The position numbers were made by a program, and so were the translations under genes. The notes under the pieces are model-generated. The model saw nothing but the letters and a program-made list of their open reading frames with translations. It had not been told where the DNA came from and ran no database searches. DNA of 17,560 bases from an uncultured archaeon (GTDB lineage Archaea; Asgardarchaeota; Thorarchaeia; Thorarchaeales; Thorarchaeaceae): the NCBI GenBank assembly GCA_964631415.1, contig CAZVZC010000040.1:1-17560 (forward strand). Direction: 5' to 3'. Positions 1 to 6,786 of the stretch are shown one piece after another (within the stretch, counting starts at the first letter, position 1; every line of letters starts with the position of its first letter).

Positions 1-311
1 AACTCTCTTGTCTTAGACAGGAAATCAACGGTTTCATGCGCCAGAAGGTCTTCCAAGATGCGCTTCTGTTTCTGAATAGTAACTAATATCTTGTCCAACT
101 TCCTCTGACTCGCTTTCTCCCCCTTATCCTCCAATACGAACTCAACAATGTCACGATTGAAGACGTCAATGATATGAACGAGTATCTCACGAATAGACCT
201 CGTCTTCTCAGAGCACTTATAGTCGACCCTCTTTTCGTCCAGCCGCTGGACTGCGTCCTCAAGTGTGTCAAAGACTTCTCCCCAGTAGGGAAACATAGTC
301 TTCAGTTCCAT
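1..311 (-). CDS. DinB/YfiT-like family protein (partial, runs off window start)
   Basis: Manually translated and absent from the ORF track: MELKTMFPYWGEVFDTLEDAVQRLDEKRVDYKCSEKTRSIREILVHIIDV... with no stop to base 1. RSIREILVHI matches the first-His helix of the DinB fold. An alternative ATG lies at 323. Confidence 0.7.
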   Translation of the reverse strand, partial: MELKTMFPYWGEVFDTLEDAVQRLDEKRVDYKCSEKTRSIREILVHIIDVFNRDIVEFVLEDKGEKASQRKLDKILVTIQKQKRILEDLLAHETVDFLSKTRE

Positions 312-403
312 ATCATCGCACATTGCTATGACCAATCTGTTTACATCATGTTCGCTCAAGAATGAATCGCTCGCTCTAGACGGCCATCAAGGGGAAGAAC
401 AGA

Positions 404-1219
404 TTGCCTGAACTACCAGACATCTACGTTCTAGCAGGAAGCATGGACAAGGCTTTGAGGAACAGAATGATTGAGGATGCCACAATCAATCAGCCCAAGT
501 GCCTCAATGTCAGTCCACGAAGGTTCGTGAATCAGGTGAAGGGCCGCCGATTCGAGCGTTGTCGACAGCGTGGCAAGTGGGTACTGTCAGATCTGGACTC
601 GAACTGGACGCTAGCGTTCAATCTGGGAATGGGTGGAGAGATCCGACTACATGATCAAGACGAAACGCCCGAAGCAAGAAGAGAGAGAGTAGTCCTCCGA
701 CTTGACAATGGACAACAGGTGTGGATTCATCACTGGTGGTTTGGCCATGTGCATCTCGTGCCGAAAGAGCACATCAGCTCTCATCCTCAAATAGGACGTC
801 TAGGTCCGGAACCGCTAGCCGATGACTTCACACCAGACGCTCTCCATCACATGCTTGAGCGAAAACATGGATGGATCAAGAAGTATCTGCTCGACCAGAG
901 CTTCATCGCAGGGATAGGGAACGTCTACGTTCAAGACATGCTCTGGTACGCACGATTACATCCGAAGAGAAGAGCAGACTCTCTGACACAGAAGGAAGTC
1001 GAAGGTCTTCACCGAGCAATCCAAGATGTCCTGAACGCGGGCATCAGATACGGAGGCGGACTTGGGGAGCAGGATATCTGGGGCAACAATGGGCGATATC
1101 ATGAACACTTTAGAGTTGGCTATAGGACCGGCAAAGCATGCCCTAGGTGCAGAACCCTAGTGGAGGAATTGCGCGTCGGTTCGACAACCAGCTATATCTG
1201 TCCAAAGTGCCAAGTCTAG
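404..1219 (+). CDS. mutM: Fpg/Nei family DNA glycosylase/AP lyase
   Basis: N-terminal PELP, RGKW lysine, H2TH motif LLDQSFIAGIGNVY, C-terminal zinc finger CPRC...CPKCQ. TTG start after a purine-rich SD. Confidence 0.92.
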   Translation: MPELPDIYVLAGSMDKALRNRMIEDATINQPKCLNVSPRRFVNQVKGRRFERCRQRGKWVLSDLDSNWTLAFNLGMGGEIRLHDQDETPEARRERVVLRLDNGQQVWIHHWWFGHVHLVPKEHISSHPQIGRLGPEPLADDFTPDALHHMLERKHGWIKKYLLDQSFIAGIGNVYVQDMLWYARLHPKRRADSLTQKEVEGLHRAIQDVLNAGIRYGGGLGEQDIWGNNGRYHEHFRVGYRTGKACPRCRTLVEELRVGSTTSYICPKCQV

Positions 1220-1313
1220 CACCCACACTCAGACTTCTCCCTGTTGTTCGGCAGACAAATACTGATTTGACAATGCAGATTTATGCCGGTGTAAGCGATG
1301 AATCCGGAAGGTG

Positions 1314-1718
1314 ATGGTCTTCGTGTTGATCAAACGCCTACGAGAGTGCTCCGAGATCACTGCCATAGATGACACTCGTCTGCGCGAGCTTCTAAATCCA
1401 TTACGCGACAAGGGCGACTTGAAGCTGGGGTACAGTCTTGCCCACGCTACCGTCAAGCCGAAGAGAACCACACTGCCGCACAGAATCAAGGCATCGTCTG
1501 AAGTGTACTACATGCTGAAGGGCAGTGGCCTCATGCACATCGGTGACGAAACTGCGGAAGTTGGTGCGGGCGATGCAGTATACATCTCTCCGGGCTCAGT
1601 CCAATACATAGAGAACACCGGAAAGGATGATCTGGCTTTCCTATGCATAGTCTACCCGAGCTGGCGGGCAGAGGACGAGGAAGTGGTGCAGGTCACCGCA
1701 AAACAGTACCAAAGGTGA
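1314..1718 (+). CDS. Cupin domain protein (Cupin_2)
   Basis: SLAHATVKP...PH...EVYYMLKGSGLMHIG...VGAGDAVYISPG...IENTG cupin motifs. The start could be 1311, 1314, 1323 or 1326. Confidence 0.88.
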   Translation: MVFVLIKRLRECSEITAIDDTRLRELLNPLRDKGDLKLGYSLAHATVKPKRTTLPHRIKASSEVYYMLKGSGLMHIGDETAEVGAGDAVYISPGSVQYIENTGKDDLAFLCIVYPSWRAEDEEVVQVTAKQYQR

Positions 1719-1812
1719 ATGGAGTCATACACTCTCCGGTACAGGCGGCGTCTGTGTTGGTCGTTCGAGAGCATCACCAATGAAGACGCTCTCAGACGAT
1801 GCAGAAAAGTGG

Positions 1813-3003
1813 CTACTTCACTTTCTTCGCGAACTCTCTGCCCCACTCGTAAGCCTTGTCCAGTTCCTCTTTCGTAGGCACCCACTTGACGGTGAACGGT
1901 TCCATGATCACCTGCATCTTGCCCCGTTCCATGGCCTCTTGGATTTTCTTGACCGCTCCGCCGCCCCAACCATAGGAACCGAATGCCGCGCACTTCTTGC
2001 CCTCGGGTTTCAACATTTCTAGATCGGACAGTGTAGGAGCAACAGTGGGCAGAATCTCATTGTGAAGAGTGGAGCTACCCACTAGGATACCCTTTGCTTC
2101 GAGCAGCTCGGCCATTGTATCGCTACGGTCACTATGTGGGATTAGCCGGAGTAGAGGTGTCAGGCCTTCATCCTTGACTCCTTCAGCTATGGCTCTCGCC
2201 AACTTCGTCGTGCTTTGCCACATGGTGTCCCATGTGATCACGACCTTGTTTGACGTCCGTTCACCCTTTGCCCACTGAAGGTATCTGGTCACGATCTGGA
2301 GTGGGTCTTTTCGCCAGATGAGACCGTGTGACGGTGCTATGATCTTGATGGGAAGCTTGAGCTCCAGCACTTCCTCAATCTTTCTCTGGACCTGTCTGCT
2401 CAGGGGCCACAGAATATTCGCATAGTACTTCTCAGCCTCCTTCCAGAGCACATACTGGTCCACTTCGTCCGCATAGCGCTCCTCTGAGGCGTAGTGCTGG
2501 CCAAACGCATCATTGGGCAACAGCAACTGCTCTTCAACGTAATAAGTGAACATGCTCTCCGGCCAATGAAGCATCGGAGCCTCATAGAACCTCAGAGTCT
2601 TACCCCCGAGGTTGATCTCGTCCCCAGTCTTCACAGTCTGGATCTTCCACCCGTCCTTGTAGTGCTTCTTCAGGGCGTCAATCGCTCTTGCAGTACACAC
2701 AAGGGTAGCGTTTGGCACTCTCTTCAGCACCTCTGGAACGGCACCCGAGTGATCCGTTTCTGTATGGTTAGAGATCATGTAGTCAATCTTCTGAAGGTCG
2801 ACTATCCTTGATATTCTGTCAAACATCTCTTCGGCAAATGGTCCGTAAACCGCATCTACAAGTGCAATCTTCTTGCCCACCACCAAATAGGCGTTGTAGG
2901 TGGTCCCATGGTGCACTGTGTAGCTGTAGCCGTGGAAGTTCCGTATGTCATGGTCTATTGCTCCGACCCAATAGACTCCCTTCATTATCTCGAAAGGCTT
3001 CAT
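1813..3003 (-). CDS. fprA: Flavodiiron protein (FprA family, A-type flavoprotein; O2/NO reductase)
   Basis: GTTYNAY, diiron ligands HTETDHSG, LHWPE, NDAFGQH, PSHG. C-terminal flavodoxin domain TMWQST...AFGSYGWGGGA. Confidence 0.95.
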   Translation of the reverse strand: MKPFEIMKGVYWVGAIDHDIRNFHGYSYTVHHGTTYNAYLVVGKKIALVDAVYGPFAEEMFDRISRIVDLQKIDYMISNHTETDHSGAVPEVLKRVPNATLVCTARAIDALKKHYKDGWKIQTVKTGDEINLGGKTLRFYEAPMLHWPESMFTYYVEEQLLLPNDAFGQHYASEERYADEVDQYVLWKEAEKYYANILWPLSRQVQRKIEEVLELKLPIKIIAPSHGLIWRKDPLQIVTRYLQWAKGERTSNKVVITWDTMWQSTTKLARAIAEGVKDEGLTPLLRLIPHSDRSDTMAELLEAKGILVGSSTLHNEILPTVAPTLSDLEMLKPEGKKCAAFGSYGWGGGAVKKIQEAMERGKMQVIMEPFTVKWVPTKEELDKAYEWGREFAKKVK

Positions 3004-3111
3004 CCTAGGATTCCTCAGGTGAGGCTATGCTCGCTCCAAAATAAACCAGACAGTTCAGGCAGAAAATCACGGGGCTGCTAGCAACTATCTTTGAGTGATG
3101 ATGTCCGGGAA

Positions 3112-3936
3112 TCAGTCTGTGAACTTCACGACTCGAACAAGCCACTCTTCTACGAGAGCGTCGAACAAACTGCTCTGTTCAATCTGCAGATTGTGTCCCG
3201 CTAGATCTAGGACTGCAAACGATCCTCGGGGGTAGCTCCCGAGTATGCTCCATGCATCCTGATACCCCACTATGGAGTCCTGCCGCCCGACGATAATCAG
3301 CGTCGGCGCATCGAACGTTCCCACGGCCTTATCAACATCGAAGGAGAAACCATAGGCTTCTGCCCTTATCTCATCCACAAACGACTTGTTTGCGCATCTC
3401 AGCCCGAGAAGTATCTCTTTCTGGAACCGTTCCCAGAACCACGGATCTTGAACAACAGCAATCGACCCAAACTCGCTTGCATCTTCTGATTTCAGCCTAG
3501 ACATCAGGGTTGGGTCATTGACGAGTGTCATATGGAGCGGCACAATGCGTTTCTGGGAGTCAGCGACAACCAGAGGACATATGAGAAGTAGTCCGTCAAT
3601 CAGATCACGTTTGCGGGAAACTACTCCTCTAGCAAGGTATGCGCCATAGGACTGGCCAGCTAGTGCAAGTCGTTGTCCCGGGATAACCGCATCAATGAAC
3701 TCGAGAACGACTTCTAGCATCTGGTCCGAGCTAGAAATCCAGTCCACAGCTTGCGACTTTCCCATCCCTGGTAAATCAAAGTATATCCGTTTCCAAATTC
3801 CACCGTATCCGGCCGCAGGTTCCATGCAGCCTATCATCACGCGACGGTCGAGAGGGAAGCCATGTATGCTGATGAGAGGTCTTCCCTTGCCGTGTACCTC
3901 ATAGTCAATCGTGACATTCTCAAGCCTGCACTGCAT
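3112..3936 (-). CDS. Alpha/beta fold hydrolase
   Basis: HGF oxyanion motif, DLPGMGKS, GQSYG nucleophile elbow, GRQD acid, AGH His. Likely start is ATG 3936 (MQCRLENV); the upstream part of the 377-aa ORF looks non-coding. Confidence 0.9.
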   Translation of the reverse strand: MQCRLENVTIDYEVHGKGRPLISIHGFPLDRRVMIGCMEPAAGYGGIWKRIYFDLPGMGKSQAVDWISSSDQMLEVVLEFIDAVIPGQRLALAGQSYGAYLARGVVSRKRDLIDGLLLICPLVVADSQKRIVPLHMTLVNDPTLMSRLKSEDASEFGSIAVVQDPWFWERFQKEILLGLRCANKSFVDEIRAEAYGFSFDVDKAVGTFDAPTLIIVGRQDSIVGYQDAWSILGSYPRGSFAVLDLAGHNLQIEQSSLFDALVEEWLVRVVKFTD

Positions 3937-4168
3937 CCTTGTCGCCCCATTCGTCTTCAGAAATTGCGTGAACAGTAGCATGCGCCTACTGGTCGTTTCA
4001 AATGTGACTGTAGAGCATATTAGGTACATGGGTTGCCAAGACACATAGCTGCTACCTAATGATCGAACTCGCCGGACCTGTCCAGTTGTTGATGAGTGCC
4101 AAGTGTTCGCTGAACAAAAGAAGCAAAAGACATCATAGCTTCTATGTTTCACTGGAAGGAGAAAAGAG

Positions 4169-4756
4169 TTGGTCAACAGGGGAATACAGGCAACCGTCTT
4201 GGTAGTAGTAGTTGTTTCAGCTACATTCGTAGGGCTCGTATACACTGGCTGGATTCATCCGCCCGGCTGGGACGGAGGGTCACAGATAGCATCGATTGAA
4301 ATATGCGGTAACTCCTCGGACATATTGTACCCAGAACTCATGGATGCCACCTTTTCTCCAGATTCCACTGGTGGGTGGCTAGTCGCAGTGTCTTTTGTCG
4401 ACGACTCTCTTGGCCCTTATAATCTGACAGTCTATGATAGGAGTTTCACGACCACTACTGTCGAAGTGGAGAACATCAACAAAGCCTTGCATGATGGATT
4501 GGGGCTGACCCACACTTCAAACGACTCGATTGCCGACATCTTGCCAAGTATCGCATTTTACATACTCATCACATACAAGGACGGGACATGGATCTACACG
4601 CTCAAGGTTCTGAACGAGAAAGGGCACATCATTCTACTCAGCGGCACAGGAACACCGAATCTGAATCTGCTTGATGGCGATCTGCTTGAGCCCGGGACCG
4701 CGCTTGACGGTATGGTTTCAGCAATCAATGAGGCATTTGTCAATCACTTGGGCTAG
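4169..4756 (+). CDS. Hypothetical membrane-anchored/secreted protein
   Basis: N-terminal hydrophobic helix (ATVLVVVVVSATFVGLVY), then an acidic Ser/Thr-rich domain with several N-x-S/T sequons. GGAAGGAG SD before a TTG start. Confidence 0.75.
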   Translation: MVNRGIQATVLVVVVVSATFVGLVYTGWIHPPGWDGGSQIASIEICGNSSDILYPELMDATFSPDSTGGWLVAVSFVDDSLGPYNLTVYDRSFTTTTVEVENINKALHDGLGLTHTSNDSIADILPSIAFYILITYKDGTWIYTLKVLNEKGHIILLSGTGTPNLNLLDGDLLEPGTALDGMVSAINEAFVNHLG

Positions 4757-4784
4757 CTAGGTCATACATGCTCAGTGTAATGCC

Positions 4785-5132
4785 CTATACAGAATGACTG
4801 ATCTTACAGTCCTCAAAGATGTCTCCGAACGCACGATAGAAGTAGCGACATGCCTCCGTGAGACCCTGCTTGCCCGTTTCCGTCAGAGTGTAGACAACCT
4901 GCTTTCCATCCGAGATTCCGTCAATCAACTTGCGGACGGCCAAGTCCCTGAGCGCGGGGTAAATGGTACCGGGGGTCGGTCGGCTTCCACGGCGTTCGGC
5001 AATCTGTCTTGCGAGTTCCTGACCGTTCATGGGCTTCTTGCTCAGCTCCCATAGAATCTGAAATGAGAGCATACCGCGCATGTCACAACAGGATGGCGGA
5101 CAGCACCCCTCCGAATCCTGAATGCGTGACAT
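4785..5132 (-). CDS. PadR family transcriptional regulator with N-terminal Cys cluster
   Basis: RGMLSFQILWELSKKPMNGQEL...PGTIYPALRDL...YTLTETG is a PadR winged-helix signature. The N-terminus carries CCPPSCC. Confidence 0.92.
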   Translation of the reverse strand: MSRIQDSEGCCPPSCCDMRGMLSFQILWELSKKPMNGQELARQIAERRGSRPTPGTIYPALRDLAVRKLIDGISDGKQVVYTLTETGKQGLTEACRYFYRAFGDIFEDCKISHSV

Positions 5133-5138
5133 AAGTCA

Positions 5139-5154
5139 TATTGGATGACCAATA
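5139..5154. promoter_or_regulatory. Palindromic operator 1 (TATTGG-atga-CCAATA)
   Basis: Perfect 6-4-6 inverted repeat between the TATA element and the padR ATG. Confidence 0.7.
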
Positions 5155-5155
5155 C

Positions 5156-5164
5156 ATTTATATC
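5156..5164. promoter_or_regulatory. TATA element, probably shared by divergent padR and arsM
   Basis: ATTTATATC reads TTTATA on + and ATATAAAT on -. It lies about 24 nt from the padR ATG (leaderless spacing). Confidence 0.65.
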
Positions 5165-5170
5165 TTGTTG

Positions 5171-5186
5171 TATCGGACACCCGATA
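5171..5186. promoter_or_regulatory. Palindromic operator 2 (TATCGG-acac-CCGATA)
   Basis: Perfect 6-4-6 inverted repeat with the same consensus as operator 1 and a compensatory T/A to C/G change. Confidence 0.7.
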
Positions 5187-5222
5187 GCATGATGTTGGGC
5201 ACCATGATGTGGTGATAGTGGA

Positions 5223-5969
5223 ATGAGAGCGAAAGGCGTGTCTGTCAAGAAACATGTGCAGGAGCACTACTCTGCTGTTGCAAAGAGGGCCGAAGCCCCC
5301 AGTTCGTGTTCGTGCTGTGGACCAGTGTCCAAGGAGCACTACGCTGAGATGATAGGTTATACGAAGACCCAGCTTGCCGCACTGCCTCAAGGCGCTATGG
5401 CAGCTAGTGCAGGATGTGGTAATCCAGCTGCTCTTGCTGGACTGAGGGAAGGAGAGGTGGTTCTCGACCTGGGATCCGGTGGCGGCATTGACGTATTTCT
5501 GGCCGCAAGAGCGGTGGGTCCCAACGGCAGAGCAATCGGTGTGGACATGACTCAAGACATGATCGACTTGGCCAAGAAAAGTGCAGAAGAAATGGGACTA
5601 GGCAACGTCGAGTTCAGACTTGGCGATATCGAGAGCCTTCCCTTGGAAGATGATACCGTCGACGTGATCATATCTAACTGCGTCATCAATCTCGCGCCCG
5701 ACAAGGACAAGGTGTTCAAGGAGGCCTACAGGGTCTTGAAGCCCGGTGGAAGGCTCATGGTTTCAGACATCGTCACAAAAGGAGAACTGCCCAAGGTCGT
5801 TAGAAACGACCCAGACGCGTGGGCTGGATGCGTGGCAGGTGCTCTTGACGAGAAGGTATACCTGAGTAAGGTCCGTGCCGCGGGGTTTCATGATGTCAAG
5901 GTTGTTTCTAAGAGGCCGTTCATGGAACTCGTGTACAGTGCGGAGATAGAGGCACACAAGTCTGCCTAG
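5223..5969 (+). CDS. arsM: Arsenite S-adenosylmethionine methyltransferase
   Basis: GCGNP, SAM motif [17 protein letters not shown] and WAGCVAGAL carry the conserved ArsM cysteines. N-terminal CSCCG. Confidence 0.95.
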   Translation: MRAKGVSVKKHVQEHYSAVAKRAEAPSSCSCCGPVSKEHYAEMIGYTKTQLAALPQGAMAASAGCGNPAALAGLREGEVVLDLGSGGGIDVFLAARAVGPNGRAIGVDMTQDMIDLAKKSAEEMGLGNVEFRLGDIESLPLEDDTVDVIISNCVINLAPDKDKVFKEAYRVLKPGGRLMVSDIVTKGELPKVVRNDPDAWAGCVAGALDEKVYLSKVRAAGFHDVKVVSKRPFMELVYSAEIEAHKSA

Positions 5970-5993
5970 GGCACGAGAAGGAGGAGGACTAGG

Positions 5994-6122
5994 GTGAGGT
6001 CAAAGCAAGATAAATCCAATCGAGAGAGTCAGTTGTACGACCGTGAGGAACTCAGACGGCAAGACAGCACTGAGAAAGGCTGTGGTCGCACATCATGCTG
6101 CATGGAATCAAGCAGTATCTGA
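5994..6122 (+). CDS. Putative 42-aa small protein with C-x4-CC motif
   Basis: GTG start preceded by a strong SD (AAGGAGGAGG). Sequence MRSKQDKSNRESQLYDREELRRQDSTEKGCGRTSCCMESSSI. Below the ORF-track size cutoff. Confidence 0.5.
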   Translation: MRSKQDKSNRESQLYDREELRRQDSTEKGCGRTSCCMESSSI

Positions 6123-6135
6123 GTTGTCTAAGCTG

Positions 6136-6168
6136 CTTTCTCTCCTATTCGGGGGCATGCTCCCCGGA
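6136..6168 (+). terminator. Possible terminator of the arsM transcript
   Basis: Pyrimidine tract CTTTCTCTCCTATT followed by a GC hairpin TTCGGGGGC-AT-GCTCCCCGGA. Confidence 0.3.
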
Positions 6169-6359
6169 CCACATCACGTCAGGGCGGACAGAATGACTGA
6201 CGGATTCCTGACTTGAAACGAGTCAGAAACGGTGTGCATGTGCTGGTCTGAAGCCGGGCATTGCTTCATCGTCGCCACAGCGACTACGGAGCACAAGTGA
6301 AAGATTATATGCCGCATCGGACCTCGCCGACTCGCGCCCGTCGGGATGGTTGACCTCCG

Positions 6360-6770
6360 ATGCCTCCAAAAGACATGAACCTCATTGTACTCGGATGCAT
6401 GCAATGCATGTACAATGCCGCTGACCTAGCAGGAACGATGAAGATACAGTATGATGTGAGTGCTAGGATCATCCGAATGCCATGCACTGCGCGTCTAGAC
6501 ATCAACTTCATTCTGAAAGCGCTGCAGGAGGGTGCAGACGGTGTGTTGGTCGTAGGCTGTCATCCGGGCGACTGTGCCTATAAGACGGGAAACCTAGGTG
6601 CAGAGAGGCGAGTCCGCTTTGCTAGAAAACTGATTGGCCAGCTGGGCCTGAACGAGGGTCGCGTGAAGATGGTGTTCGTGAGTGCCGCGGAGGGCGACAA
6701 GTTCGCGGCCGAGATCAACCGGTTTGCAGACGAGGTCAGGAAGATAGGGCCAAACCCGGTGCGCCTGTAG
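6360..6770 (+). CDS. mvhD: Methyl-viologen-reducing hydrogenase delta subunit ([2Fe-2S] protein MvhD/FlpD)
   Basis: CMQCMYNAADLAG, IIRMPCTAR, GADGVLVVGCHPGDCAY, VSAAEG, GPNP. TTATAT at 6305-6310 upstream. Confidence 0.95.
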   Translation: MPPKDMNLIVLGCMQCMYNAADLAGTMKIQYDVSARIIRMPCTARLDINFILKALQEGADGVLVVGCHPGDCAYKTGNLGAERRVRFARKLIGQLGLNEGRVKMVFVSAAEGDKFAAEINRFADEVRKIGPNPVRL

Positions 6771-6786
6771 GGGAAAAGGGAAGTAC

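Noticed and set aside
83-365. ORFs 83..271(-) and 174..365(+)
   Set aside because: They overlap the better-supported DinB-like frame and show no recognisable motifs.
3937-4245. N-terminal extension of the 377-aa hydrolase ORF
   Set aside because: It overlaps the 4169 gene on the opposite strand, and hydrolase similarity begins at ATG 3936.
5188-5214. CATGATGT direct repeat and CACCA/TGGTG hairpin in the arsM leader (CATGATGT also at 10207)
   Set aside because: Too short to distinguish from chance and does not match the operator consensus.
6120-6230. Selenocysteine read-through of the small-ORF TGA with a downstream SECIS
   Set aside because: Only two more codons follow, there is no redox motif context, and the hairpins lack archaeal or eukaryote-like SECIS geometry.
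6040-6265. RNase P RNA candidate (GAGGAACTC ... GAAGCCGGGCA)
   Set aside because: The P4 consensus halves (GAGGAAAGUCC and ACAGAA..CGGCUUA) are not properly matched, and the 5' part lies in the small ORF.
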